NCBI RefSeq assembly: GCF_006345805.1
Contig: NW_021834310.1
Coordinates: 40,595 to 104,594, forward strand
Direction: 5' to 3'
Origin: Octopus sinensis
Taxonomy: Eukaryota
Length of the DNA stretch: 64,000 bases
Within the stretch, counting starts at the first letter, position 1; the number at the start of each line of letters is the position of its first letter. The position numbers and the translations under genes were made by a program. The notes beneath the pieces are model-generated. The model did not search any database. It worked only from the letters and a program-made list of their open reading frames with translations, and was not told the origin of the DNA. Shown here in pieces: positions 38,126 to 50,639 of the stretch.

Positions 38126-38581
38126 ATTTCTTTACGCTTCTTTCTGAAAAGTTTAAACTTTAAAAAATTTTCTACCAAAATAATTTCTATGTTGGGTTTG
38201 AAAAATGTTTGTAAACAACTTTTTTTATTGTGAAATAATAACTGTAAACGAAAATTGATTTGGCTTTAAAACGAAATTGATTTGACATCCTTAGTTTAAA
38301 TGCTAGGATAGTTAAAACATGAGTTTCTAATAAATGTTTTAAAATTAACTTTTTGTTAATTTTTATATAAAATACAAGAATATTAATTGGTTTGTTAAGT
38401 TTTACTGACAATTTAAAATTATTGATTAAATTCTGAATTTTCCCATTTCCAAAATCTGCCGTCAATTTGACGGGAACTAAAAATGGCAAATTTGAGAGAT
38501 TTAACTGTATATAGATAATCTGCAATGGTAGCAAGTCCAATCCTAAAAGGATTGTTTGCACCTGAAAAAAATAGTCTATAG

Positions 38582-40001
38582 CGGGGGTGTCAAAGATACG
38601 GCCCGCGGTAAAAGTTTAAAAGTGTATTTAAAATCTAAAATTATTATTTAACATCAAATAAAAATACAAGAATCTAGATTCTAGAATATAAATAAAAACA
38701 AAAAAATTATTACTTAAAAAATAATTAATTGTTTTTTTGGATTTATATTATTCTAATTGATCTTTTCAAAAAAAGTGGAAACTGGAATATTTCTTTGCCG
38801 ATTTAAATCGGAAACCTATTTGTTTGGTCTCTAGATAAAAAATTTCAGTTGTCAAAGAATATAACATTCGACGACATTACCAAACCCACCCTGCTCATGA
38901 ATACAATAATTTGATGGGAAAAATTAGAAAAGAGAAGTACGATGCACTACTTGCATGTTTGCGGAATCAGTAATCTTCTTTTTCCAAATTTCGAGATGAT
39001 AGTGAGGCAGCTGTCAAAGCTAGCTACGTTATTTCTCGGGAAATAGCGTTAGCATCAAAACCTTGATGGCGATTTTATAAAAAAACATGTATTATGAAAG
39101 CTACTGAAATCATATGTCTCTGCAAAAAACAAACCTTTACCAGAATTGGAATCTCTTGATTGGTTGCTAGACTTGGCATTTTTGGTGGATATTACAGAAC
39201 ACCTACACGCTTAACAAAAATTTGCAATGACGAAATAAAGTTGTTACACAATATTTCGAATGCATACAAGCTTTCACCATGAAGCTAATGTTATGGGAGA
39301 CACAATTGACAGTAGGAAACACTGAGCATTTTTCTTGTTTAAAAAATGTAATTTCCACCACATCGAATGTTGATATGAGTCGTTATAAAGTGAAAATAAC
39401 CGGATTACTTCAACAGTTTGAGACACGTTTTGAAATTTTTCGTGAACTTGAAAAAGAATTTACTGTTTTTCGATCACCATTCACTGCAAATATTACACAT
39501 CTTGCAGCTAACTTACAATTGAAAATTATTGATTTGAAATGTGACTCAGATTTGAAGAATAAATTTACCATGGTGGGCTTAGACACCTTTTATAAATATC
39601 TCTTGCCGAAGTATCCCAACTTAACAGCCTTAGCTGCGAAAATCTTGTCAATGTTTGGAAGTACATATCTATGTGAACAACTTTTTTCTTTAATGAACAT
39701 AAACAAAACAAAATTTCGATCAAGGCTCACCCACACTTATCTAAGTGAGATTCTAAGATTGACGGTAACTCAGGATTTCACTCCAGATATTGACGCTATT
39801 ATGAAAAAAAAAAGATGTCAAAATTCTGGAACATATTTTAATTATAAAAATTAATAAATGTGTTGTTAAATGATTTTAAATTAAAATTATAAATTATAAA
39901 TCATAGTACGAATTTTGTTAAATCAAAAATTAATAGTCTGGCCCGCGGAGCCTAAAATTTTTTTAATCCGGCCCGCGGAAGAAATGAGTTTGACACCCCT
40001 G
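38582..40001 (+). mobile_element. SPIN/Charlie-type hAT, internally deleted, 8 bp TSD GTCTATAG
   Basis: TIRs CGGGGGTGTCAAA and TTTGACACCCCTG. TSD at 38574-38581 and 40002-40009. hATC ORF at 39279-39854 (MFGSTYLCEQLFS). Confidence 0.92.
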
Positions 40002-40602
40002 GTCTATAGTCCTTAAAAATTCATCTTTGACCAGTAATAAAAACCCATAAAAAGAATAAAGTTTGTTTTTTAAAGGAAGATTTTAATAGCTAGATTAAAG
40101 CTATAGTCTGAATCGAATTCTAAATTAATAACATAAATATTGAAACTTTTCACTGTTTTTAGATTTCATAAGTAGATATTTTTTTCTTTTAAGAATCAAC
40201 ATAAAACAAATAAAAGTGATTGTAATCAAAGAAATAATTCCAATAAAGATTATATAATTTTTATTTGATTTCCATAAGGTCTCTGAAATTCACAAATGAA
40301 AAAATCAACCAGGTTTTTTATTAAATGCAACTTCTAAAAATTAAAAAAAATAATCGCCTTACCTGGTACCCAGACATTATCTTCTCTAGGACCTTAGATA
40401 GACCTTTGAAGGACAATTCCTGGGTTTCCGAGTGCTCCTCTCGCCATCCTTAGCCATGGGCTAGCCGGCTAGCTTGTCTTCTGACTTTCTTGAGTGCGCT
40501 AATTAAATTGATAACGCGTTTCGTCTTTTCATATTTAAGTATAAAAATTGACAGCAGGCAAATTAGTTTATTAAATTAGTTCATTAAATTACGAATACTC
40601 GA

Positions 40603-41043
40603 ATGAAAGTAGTCATTACTGGTTCCAAAAGGTAATGTCTCTTGTCTACTGTAGTGGAATGGGCTACTCCACTGATAAACTCTTAGTGGGAAGTGATCCT
40701 TCCCGCCATCTCATCATTGCCTGTAGAAATGTACAGAAAGGCTTGGAAGCCGTCAGTTCTCTCAGACAAAACAACCAAACATGTCAAAAAAGCCTGTCCT
40801 CATAGACATGGTCTCCCGACTGTCCATTTTCAGGGGTGTGAATTATATTAAAACACAGTACTCATTCCCCACAGCCCCAGAAAAAACCATCTGGACGGGC
40901 TTATATCCAATGAAGAAACCACGGGCACGTGTCACGTGGTCTGGAGTCATTGCATAAAAAACTTATTTTCACCGTATTCTGCCCTAAAAAAGTCCAGAAA
41001 CGTGTTTGATATGTTTTCGACAAGCAAACGACTGTTCTGTTAA
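40603..41043 (+). pseudogene. SDR 5' part, copy 2, with a 23 nt intron (40632-40654)
   Basis: Same evidence as copy 1. Confidence 0.8.
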
Positions 41044-41658
41044 CAGACTGGGTTCATAGCTTGTAGTCTGGAGATCCCGCCAGGAGAGAAGAGAGTTTAA
41101 AATATATTGAAATTCTTGTTGAATTATTGGATAGTTTGGCATGATTTGATTGTTTTTAATTTTATTACTTTGTATGTGAAATAAGAGTGTAATTAACATA
41201 TCGTGTCATTAAAGAAAAGGCAGCAGAATCTAGTGAAATTAATTCAGAGCTTAATGTTTTTCGTCAAAATAATAAACCAAATTTAATCCTTCTTCGAATC
41301 TTCGTTATTTTAAATAGATTTCTTGTTAAGAAATAAATTGAAAATTTATTTGAATTATCATCATGTAAATTTGAAAAAGTAAAACGTTTCGTAGTGAAAT
41401 TGGCTTACGGAGACAACTTGAGGAAGTTTTGAAAACTCTCAAAGTATCCTCTGCGCCCACAATCCCGATGATCCTGAAGGAAATCTGTATTTGATCACTA
41501 TAATTGGCGTGTACACTGAAAGAGTGACTTCGGTGCTTTGTTTTTATCTTTCGTTAACGATTTCTCCTTTTTCGTTAGATTTTGGTTTTTTGGACAATAA
41601 AAACAATTCTATTCCAAGGATTTTTAAAAATCAAGTTAAATAATCAATTATCGAATTA

Positions 41659-43515
41659 TCTTAATAATAAAATGGTATGGTGTGTGTCTGTCTGTCTGTC
41701 TGTGTGTCTGTCTGTGTGTCTGTCTGTCTGTCTGTCTGTGTGTGCACACCAACTTCAAATTGGCAATACGATGTCCTCGACTTACATGATGAGGTCCTTA
41801 AAACCTTCCCCCCAAAAAAAATTAAAAAAAATTTTTCTGCGTTTTGGTCAAAATGAACAACTACGATGTCCTCGACTTACATGATGAGGTCCTTAAAACC
41901 TTCCCCCCCAAAAAAATTAAAAAAAATTTTCTGCATTTTGGTTAAAATGAACAACTACGATGTCCTCGACTTACATGATGAGGTCCTTAAAACCTTCCCC
42001 CCCAAAAAAATTAAAAAAAATTTTCTGCATTTTGGTTAAAATGAACAACTACGATGTCCTCGACTTACATGATGAGGTCCTTAAAACCTTCCCCCCAAAA
42101 AAATTAAAAAAAATTTTCTGCATTTTGGTTAAACTGAACAACTACGATGTCCTCGACTTACATGATGAGCTCCTTAAAACCTTCCCCCCCAAAAAAATTA
42201 AAAAAAATTTTCTGCATTTTGGTTAAAATGAATAACTACGATGTCCTCGACTTACATGATGAGGTCCTTAAAACCTTCCCCCCCAAAAAAATTAAAAAAA
42301 ATTTTCTGCATTTTGGTTAAAATGAATAACTACGATGTCCTCGACTTACATGATGAGGTCCTTAAAACCTTCCCCCCCAAAAAAATTAAAAAAAATTTTC
42401 TGCATTTTGGTTAAAATGAACAACTACGATGTCCTCGACTTACATGATGAGGTCCTTAAAACCTCCCGCCAAAAATCAAAAAATTATTTTCTGCATTTTG
42501 ATTAAAATGAACAACGCGGATGTCCTCGACATTCATGATGAGGTCCATTAAAACTTTCCAGGCAAAAATCTCACGTATTAAGAATATCCTTGATGAAAAC
42601 GACAGCGAGAATATTAACAATGATGAACTCCCAATTATTCGCGATAAAGAAATTCAATTCATCCTATGTTTTTCTCTTTAAAATTAAATGCATATATCAT
42701 TAACGACCATGAATCAAAATTAAAGCTATTATCATAGAGTGTGCAATTAACAGATTTTGAAAAACCACTTTGATAGTTGAAACCACATTAGCACAATCAT
42801 TAACACAATTTACCACAAATTGACGCACGACCTTGAATAGAGTGTGCAATTAACAGATTTTGAAAAACACTTTGATAGTTGAAACCACATTAGGACAATC
42901 ATTAACACAATTTACCACCCATTGACAGCGCAATCAGAAGAATTTGCGTAAAAATATTAACTATTTAGTTAAGTTTTTCGTAAAGATTGAATTTATTTTC
43001 GGTGTTCCTCTTTTCCTAAACTTTTTTATTATTCAAAAATAATTTTTTCAATAGATAACCGAAGGAGGGAAGACGACCTTAAGAAAAGAAGTTTTTCGTA
43101 AAGATAGAATTTATTTTCGGTATGCCTCTTATCCTAAACTTTTTTATTATTCAAAAATAATTTTTTTAATAGATAACCGAAGGAGGAAAAACGAAGCTGA
43201 AGAAAAAACGGTCAGCTTAATAAGGTAATTAATCAAATCTTTTTTGTGTGTCGCTTTCTTGCCTGTCGCTTTTTTGTGTGTCGCTTTCTTGCCTGTTGCT
43301 CAAGGGTAGGTAGAAGAGAAAATTTATTTATATTTGCCAAGGATGGACGGACTGCAAACATCGTTTATCCACAGGCCTTAGAATAAGGTTATATCAAAGC
43401 AGGTCGCATTTATATATCTACATAAATTTATAGTTATTTAAGGAAACTGCGAGCGTAGCGAGCAGGGCCTCCGCAGGAGCTAGCTCGCAGTGAGCGAAGC
43501 GAACTGCTGAGCTAG
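41659..43515 (+). mobile_element. Non-autonomous Helitron, copy 1
   Basis: A|TC...CTAG|T termini with an empty AT site near 22709. GC-rich hairpin-like 3' end. Helicase tail [29 protein letters not shown] at about 43295-43385. TCTG/TG microsatellite near the 5' end. Confidence 0.92.
41768..42560 (+). repeat. About 94 bp tandem array (8 full units plus a degenerate unit) inside the Helitron
   Basis: Unit starts at 41768, 41863, 41957, 42051, 42144, 42238, 42332 and 42426. Confidence 0.95.
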
Positions 43516-44179
43516 TAACTTATATATTTTCTAAAAATATTTATTTTTTGAAATGAATAAAAATATCGAATTATTATCAATAGCGTGTTCTGCACGCTTT
43601 CCTGTTGTTGTGTTGTTTTGTTTTTGTACGTTGATTATTACTTTTTATTCAAAATTTTTTAAAGTATAATTTTCTATTTGCATTTTATTGCTGATTAAAT
43701 ATTTGTTACATGTAGAATACCTTGAAAAAAGTTATTTTACAAGTTAATTTGTGGCTATTGCCTCACTAGTTTAATCTCAATTTAATGCATCTTTTTAATT
43801 GATTTTTTTTCTATTGTATATATTCATTTTTATTGATATTTCATGATTTATCAACTTTATTGTATTTTTCTTTGATCAAAATTTGATTAAATCTGTAAAA
43901 TATTACTTTTTAATCTCTTTATTATTCACAATTCTTAAATCTTTGTAAATTATTATTATTGTAATTTGAATCATTATTGTTATATTTTTTTTCTAGATTT
44001 TTTTTAAACTGAACACGAATTTAATTATTGTTATATTATTTTTATAAATTATTATGTCACAGGCTTAGTGTGTACCGAGCCTAGGTGGTTATACTTTTGG
44101 ACTTTTTTTTTAGACTTGGAAAAAAATTCAAAAAAAATATTTGAATTCTATTTCAAAATCTATTTTGTCAAGATAAATG

Positions 44180-44897
44180 TTATAAAATGACCTCGGGGAC
44201 GAAAGATGCCAAGGAGACATTTTCGTAACCGTTAATCGCGTAAGCATGCTCGAGACATTTCAAGAGACAAAGGTCGTCTACAGGCGGATTATACCAACAG
44301 GGAGGAACGGCGACCGTAAAGTCTAACGTATCAGGCTGTTTAGAAGGCTCTAATGACTTAGGGGACAAATCTATCGTAATGAGGTTAACGGGACTTCTGC
44401 GCAGAATCTTTTCTTGTGCGATAATCAAAGCACCCTTTGAGATATTAAGCGCATCGCACATTACCTCTACGGATCTTTCTTATTTCTATGTCTCCGAATT
44501 TTGCTTTCATATCGAAGGTATAGTTCATTAGAAAAATTGCAAGGCTTGACGTAACCAAATCCTGGTTGAAATCAACCATTCGATTAAGAGTGTTTATAAT
44601 TGCACGCTCGTTTTTAGTGTATTTATATTTCAACTCTACCAAGAACGGCCGATACTCACGGGCGAATGTCCCAACCTCCATCTTCACATTCATATTGAGT
44701 AGTATTGGCCCGGCTCCCATATATATTTTCTGGTATTCAGGATTTTCCCAATCTTCAGGGTTTGGCTTCAAGAATTCTCCGAGAGGTATAGTTCTTGGTT
44801 TATTTTCTTCACCTTCCTTTAGGCATTGTACTTTCATTATTTGCTGATATTCCACATCTCCTATCGATTCACGCATTTCTTCTTGAAAATTTTTCAT
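44180..44897 (-). CDS. Orphan protein of about 230 aa, two exons if the 25 nt intron at 44435-44459 is spliced
   Basis: ORFs 44445-44897 and 44180-44461 join in frame after removing GTGCGATGCGCTTAATATCTCAAAG. No recognised domain. Confidence 0.55.
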
Positions 44898-44940
44898 TTA
44901 TATTTTCACAAACTCTTTATACAACTTCGAGGTAATTAGT

Positions 44941-46170
44941 CTCTTTTTTTTGACACTCTTAAATCCATCGACGCCCATGTGGCTTTCTTCCTACTGAAGA
45001 ACTTTCTTGCCTTTCCTCGTTTGGAGTACGCACTTCGCACTTCTCCCTGTTTCCGATTCCCGGATGCAGTCGGAGAATTCGATTCGCTGCTCAGGAATAC
45101 TCTCGTTCAAATCTCAAACGTACATTTTGACGAAATGGGCTGGAAACAGGCTATCCTGCATATCAGGCACGGGGGTCTCGGATTCCAAGCGCCCTCGGTC
45201 CTCTCCTTGCCATGTTTTCTTTCCTCCTCTCACCGATGCATGCCTCTCGTAGTCCAGATCCTTCCTCCTCCCTCTGGATCGCTCACGGACTCAGAGCTTT
45301 CATACGGCACATCGTTGTGGACAGATTGCGGACTAAAAACTCCCGTTGACCTATGCCTTATGCGCGAATGGACGGAGATCAGCAGCCTTCAGTCTTTCCG
45401 GTACTTACTGTCTCACGGAGACCAACACCGGCGTGCTTGTCTGTTGTCTGGAGCATCTCCACGGACTGGCGCCTGGATCAACGCCTATCCTTCTCCCGCA
45501 GCTGGAACCTTCCTGGACCCAGACTGTTTAAGAATCGGAATATCTCTCCGACTCGGCTTGGACATTTGCCAGCCTCACCAATGCCGTTGCGGGGCTCATA
45601 TAGACCGCAAAGGTCTACACCCGCTCTCCTGCCGCAAATGCCCTGGGAGGTTCCCCAGGCACGGACAGCTTAATTCCATAATAAAGCGTCTGCTCGAGGC
45701 AACCGGCATCCCGTGCCAGCTGGAGCCCTCTGGCCTTAACAGGGGCGATGGCAAGAGGCCGGACGGCGTCTCGCTCTTCCCGTTCAAGTGCGGCAAAGCG
45801 ATCGTCTGGGACGCGACATGCTCTGACACTTTTGCGTCAACATGCCTTCTCGCGTCCGCGATCGAAGCTGGCACAGCGGCGAGGAGGGCAGAGACCCGGA
45901 AGAAAGACAAGTACGCCTCGCTCGCCGACAGATTCCTCTTTGTGCCTGTTTCAGTCGAAACATCAGGCACATTCGGCCCAGCCACGCTACGTTTTCTCAC
46001 CGAGAGAGGTTGTCACCTCGGGAGGATTAGAAACGACCCCCGTGAGGTCAATCGGCTTTTTGAGCGCGTCTCAATAGCCGTACTCAGGGGGAACAGTTTC
46101 TCTATTCTCTCTGCGGCTAGTAGCTGACTTCTTGTTCCATTTTCTTTTCTAGCTAAATAATAAAAAAAAT
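44941..46170 (+). mobile_element. 5'-truncated CRE with a 382 aa ORF and 8 bp TSD TAATTAGT
   Basis: ORF 44979-46127 covers the RT thumb, zinc knuckle and RPDG. TSD at 44933-44940 and 46171-46178. Confidence 0.88.
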
Positions 46171-46173
46171 TAA

Positions 46174-48903
46174 TTAGTTATTTATTTTTTTTGCTTGCGC
46201 GTTCCCGCGCACGATTGCGAGTGAGATCCTCTGCCTCAACCAAGAGGACTCGCGAGCATCCATCTTCTTCCGAGCGATGAGGATACCGAGGTCTTTTAGG
46301 TAGCATGAGGTCTGCGGGCCGGAAGCGCCTGATGTCTCAAGAGCCACAGGCACGAAGGAATGCCGAGTGGCAAGATTCTTGTACTTTTCCACTTTGCGGG
46401 CTTCCGCCACGGCCGCGACAGAGCCGGAAGAAGAAGCAGATGACGGTAGAGCGGATGGGGACCACGTGTCTGCGCACGTGGCGTCCCAGATCAGGCAATT
46501 GCCATTCCGGAATGGGAAGGTGGTCATCCCGTCCGGGCGTTTGCCGTCCCCTCTGTCCAATCCAACTGGTTCAAGCACGTTGGGGAAGCCAGCAGCGTTG
46601 AGAGCTCTTGAAATTACGTCGTTGATTGCTCCATGGCGAGGCGAGCGGCCTGCGCTCCGGCGGCAGGAGAGGGGGTGAAGGCCTTTCACGTCCACCGTAC
46701 CTCCGCATCGACAGGGATGAGAGGCGCAGACATCGAGCCCCAGCCGAAGAGCGACCCCAATGCGCAGTGTTTCGTTGTCCAATAGGGAACCCGTCGATGA
46801 CGTTGGGTAAGCGTCGAGCCAAGATCCACTATGCTCGTGTGCTGCCGAAAGCAGGCACGCCAGCCGGTGTTGGTCTAGCTCTGGTTTCATCTTCGAAAAC
46901 GAGTCGGCGGCCCATATTTCATCCCATTCACGTTGCACAGACATGTCGGACGGGAGGGGTAGTTTAGCGTCAGTCCAGAATTCCAGAAGGTCGGCAGTCG
47001 GCAACTCCAGAGAGAGTTCGTTGAAGGGGAGTAGAACCTCTCGGACAAGTTGCCGGTTTCTGGAAATTGAAGAGAAGTGTGCATGTGGAGCCAGATCTTT
47101 TGGCGAGCGAAGACCGATCCCACCAAACCTGACGGGAAGTTTCGCTTGAGTCCAGCCGATTTCGTCAAAAGAGATGTTCAGGACTGCTTCCGTGCAAGAT
47201 TTCAGTGATTTTTCCAAGTGAGTCAAAGTGTCTGGATGCGAGTAGCATGGCAGGCAGCGGAGCGTGTAAAGAAGTTTCGGCATGTGTATGCTGTTTTTCA
47301 TAAGGAAGAAAGCGATGTGTGAGTCTAACTCCAAGAGACTGCTTGTGAGGTTACGGAATTCAGAGTCCTTCTTCGCCAGATGGGCCTTTAGGCCAGATGG
47401 GGTTAAAGGGCATCCAAGGAAGGTTGCTTCTGATGGCTGGATTGTTTGTGCACCAGCGATGAAGCCTTGAATTGTCATGTTGACATTCGGAAAATCCGCC
47501 TCAGGGTAGTTGAGGTTTAGGATTTCCGATTTATCCACGTTAACGTTCAGTCCAAGGTTGCGCAAAGAAGGGATTAGGCGGGATAGGTCCTCGGTGATGG
47601 ATTCAACTGAGCCGCCAATGGTGGCGTCGTCCAGGTACCATAAATTGAATGGTGAGAGGATTGACCGTACAGCCTCGTCGATTGCTAAGGCGAATAGTAA
47701 TGGTCCAAGAGGGTCGCCTTGTTGGACTCCTGTTCGAGAACGGATGACTTTATCCCCAAAGATAAGTGAGGTGTCTTCCCCGTACGAGAGGAAGACAAGC
47801 TGGGAAATCTCCGGAGCCCTCTCGACGCATACCTCCATTATACGGTCCCTCCTGACGCTGTTGAAGGCATTACGCAGATCGAGTTTGACAGCCATGTGAC
47901 GATGAAGTAGAGCGTCCTTTGAAAGAAAGAGAGTTCGGGCCGCGTGTACGGCAGCTTCACAGCCGTTTGGGATCCCGACTCCCAGTTGAAGTGGAGCTAG
48001 TTCGGTGCTGAGGCGTAGACTGGCGTGTCGTGCGGCAGCTTTAGCGGCAAGCCGGCGGAACAAGTTGCCAACAGCGATCGGACGAATACCTCCGTCCTTT
48101 TTTCTGAATGCCAGTAGATGAGACGAGAAAAGTAGCTTCATAGCAAAATTCGGGATGTTCCCGCTCAGCAACCGGTTTATAAGTGTGTTGATGGCAGTGA
48201 GTAGAGTTTGGCCTGCCTCGCCTGTCGTTTGAGAAATAAGGTCTTTTAGGTGCCCTGGGCGTAGTCCGTCTAGGCCCCCACAGCTGCTTTTCCCGAAAGA
48301 TTGAATTGATCGTTTGACTTCCTCGTTGGTCAGAGTCAGAACTGGGATGTCTCTTGGGCGTTCAAGGGGTCGGAGGTCGACGGGAGGGTCTGGATGTTTG
48401 GTTTTCAGTTTGTCGAGAACGTCGGGAGTTGGAAGTAAGACCGTGTCGTCGTTCATGACAGTGCGGATAGCAGCTCGGATGTCGCCTTCGGCCAGCTTGC
48501 TACTGACACGTTCACTCAAGTCCCGCCCGGAGTTGTAGTCCGGGTTAGGGTGCTTGTTGTCATTCTTCGTGGGTTGTGTGAAGGACAAGTTTGCGGGAGA
48601 AATCTTTGGTAGAGAGAAAATTTTGCTGATGTTCTGTTTGATTCGTGAGGAGAGAGGTTGTGGATTTTTTTCAGTGCGAAACTGAGTCCCGAGGGTCAGA
48701 GGGGCAAAGCTGATGAAGCGGGTCCATGCTTCCCAAGTATTCAACAGAAGCGTATCGTTGATAACAGTTGACAGGCACATAGCTGTTTGTATGCGGGCAG
48801 ATTTAGGAATTCGGAGAGGGATTTTTAGAGACCGGCGAAAACACGATAATTCGACGAGGAAGGAGTCCACGTTTTCGAATGAGTTACTGGCCGTTGTGGG
48901 CAT
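46174..48903 (-). CDS. CRE-clade RT-REL polyprotein, 909 aa, uninterrupted
   Basis: GGIRPIAVG, QLGVG, KLDLRNAFNS, GVQQGDPLGP, YLDD, CRCG...HPLSC, RPDG and WDATC. Confidence 0.93.
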   Translation of the reverse strand: MPTTASNSFENVDSFLVELSCFRRSLKIPLRIPKSARIQTAMCLSTVINDTLLLNTWEAWTRFISFAPLTLGTQFRTEKNPQPLSSRIKQNISKIFSLPKISPANLSFTQPTKNDNKHPNPDYNSGRDLSERVSSKLAEGDIRAAIRTVMNDDTVLLPTPDVLDKLKTKHPDPPVDLRPLERPRDIPVLTLTNEEVKRSIQSFGKSSCGGLDGLRPGHLKDLISQTTGEAGQTLLTAINTLINRLLSGNIPNFAMKLLFSSHLLAFRKKDGGIRPIAVGNLFRRLAAKAAARHASLRLSTELAPLQLGVGIPNGCEAAVHAARTLFLSKDALLHRHMAVKLDLRNAFNSVRRDRIMEVCVERAPEISQLVFLSYGEDTSLIFGDKVIRSRTGVQQGDPLGPLLFALAIDEAVRSILSPFNLWYLDDATIGGSVESITEDLSRLIPSLRNLGLNVNVDKSEILNLNYPEADFPNVNMTIQGFIAGAQTIQPSEATFLGCPLTPSGLKAHLAKKDSEFRNLTSSLLELDSHIAFFLMKNSIHMPKLLYTLRCLPCYSHPDTLTHLEKSLKSCTEAVLNISFDEIGWTQAKLPVRFGGIGLRSPKDLAPHAHFSSISRNRQLVREVLLPFNELSLELPTADLLEFWTDAKLPLPSDMSVQREWDEIWAADSFSKMKPELDQHRLACLLSAAHEHSGSWLDAYPTSSTGSLLDNETLRIGVALRLGLDVCASHPCRCGGTVDVKGLHPLSCRRSAGRSPRHGAINDVISRALNAAGFPNVLEPVGLDRGDGKRPDGMTTFPFRNGNCLIWDATCADTWSPSALPSSASSSGSVAAVAEARKVEKYKNLATRHSFVPVALETSGASGPQTSCYLKDLGILIARKKMDARESSWLRQRISLAIVRGNAQAKKINN

Positions 48904-48994
48904 GGTCTGGTGGTTAGTGAGTATAGGCCCAGAACGGTGGGGAGAAAGCAGACAGGAAGAGCAAAGCCATCTAGTGATTGCCGAGGCGGCTTTC

Positions 48995-49870
48995 TTGCTG
49001 ATTTTGAGAAAACTTTTTCACTTAAATTGCATATAGAAATTCAAATCATGATTTTACTGCTTATAATGAATGGCTTTATAGATTCAAGAAACAATTCGAA
49101 ATAATATTCAGAATAAAGCTTGCAAGAATCCTCTGTGCCTACAAACCGGATGGTCTTGGAGAAAAGTTATCGACACTGACTATAATTGGGGATACGCAAT
49201 GAAAGAGAAACTTCGGTGCCTCGTTTAATCTCCCCTTAACGATCTTTCCTTGTTTTCTTTCGGTTTCTGTTTTTAATCAATAACGACATTCCATTCAGAA
49301 TAATACATTGCGAATCACGATCAGTTGATCTAGGAAGAGCGGAAAACTTCCAATTGACTTTTAATAATTTGCTTGAAAACTATGGCCGAGAAGACTGTGA
49401 CTTAACTGTGATAAAACTCCATAAAGCTGTTTTCAAAAAGAGTTTTGTTGAGAGAAATGAGTCACAAAAATGGCATAAAATAAGAAAGAACGTATGACAA
49501 TTTCTTTTGTGTTGCATTTACACAGGAAAAAAAATATAAACCACTTATAATTGGGCGTAAAAAGTCACAAAGAGTAAAGGTGTGAATCTGAAATAAATCG
49601 GCATTTAATATGATGTTTTGTGTCAAAGTCTGAATGATAAAAAAAAACTCTTACCACTCACATCACACAGGATAACTCCACACAGAGACCATAAAATTTT
49701 ATTATTTCTATGATAAAAATCCTGCAGCACAAATAGATGATGTGATAAAAAGAATCACAATATTGGATGTTATTTCATGTTCAAAATTGACATGGGAAAA
49801 GATTCCAGACACTTTATACAACATTGATTTGAAAAAGCTTTGGAATATGACTGTTGGGAAACAGAAAACA
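48995..49870 (+). mobile_element. pogo/Tigger relic, copy 2
   Basis: Duplicate of 28200-29070. Confidence 0.7.
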
Positions 49871-49959
49871 TCTGAAAAAGTCTGATTGATTCGGATATTG
49901 TGGAAAAAGTGACTTTGGAGAGTTACTGGGGTGATAATAGTAGTGAAGAGGACTGCTGT

Positions 49960-50463
49960 GAACAATTTCCGACACTTATCCAAAATCTTCGGAGACACTC
50001 CTTCAACGAAGAGGGCTGACCAACTTCAGTAGGCAGAAACAACCTTTCTATTAACATATTAAACTCAGCTCTCCTCTCCAAAGCATTAATCTGGTCTTCT
50101 ATGGCAACTCGTCTTGATAATTTCAGTTTCTGTTGACTCAGTAAGGCATCTCTTTCACTATCCTTGAAACTTGTTACTTTAGTCTCTGCTCTTCCTAGTT
50201 TTTCTGCTTTAATATTATTCAAAGTGTCTTTTTACACACGAATAAGTCGATTCTAACACAACCAATCTCATTTCTGCCTGTATGAGACTCAGCTCAGATT
50301 CTTTCTCTGCTTGCATTACCAGTATCGCTATCTCTTCAGTCGTTTCCTCTCTCTGCTGTGATAGTTTACTCAATCTTTTTAGCTGATCTTTCTTTTTTTG
50401 ACTTTTAATAGTCTGATTAAATGGTTTGATTTTGTTGGGTAAGTAAATTAGCAAAAATTTCAA
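49960..50463 (-). pseudogene. Coiled-coil fragment, copy 2
   Basis: Duplicate of 29179-29653. Confidence 0.35.
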
Positions 50464-50639
50464 ATTAACCGACTTATTATCACTATCTAATTCTGGAAAA
50501 ATGGTTTCGATGTTGGACGAATTGGAAACAATTTACTCCTTCAGTGCGCCAATAATTCCGTTTGACTCTTTGAAGCGTTTTTTGGCCTTCTGGAGGCCAC
50601 TGCTTTCCAAAATTCTTGATTATTTAAAAGATTCTTAAA

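Larger units (their letters stand above)
21414..40354 (+). repeat. Segmental duplication unit 2a (about 19 kb)
   Basis: Colinear with 40355 onward. Identity starts at CGCCTTACCTGG (21414 and 40355). Confidence 0.95.

Noticed and set aside
41768-42560. CRISPR-like repeat-spacer array
   Set aside because: The whole 94 bp unit repeats with no variable spacers, and it lies inside a Helitron.
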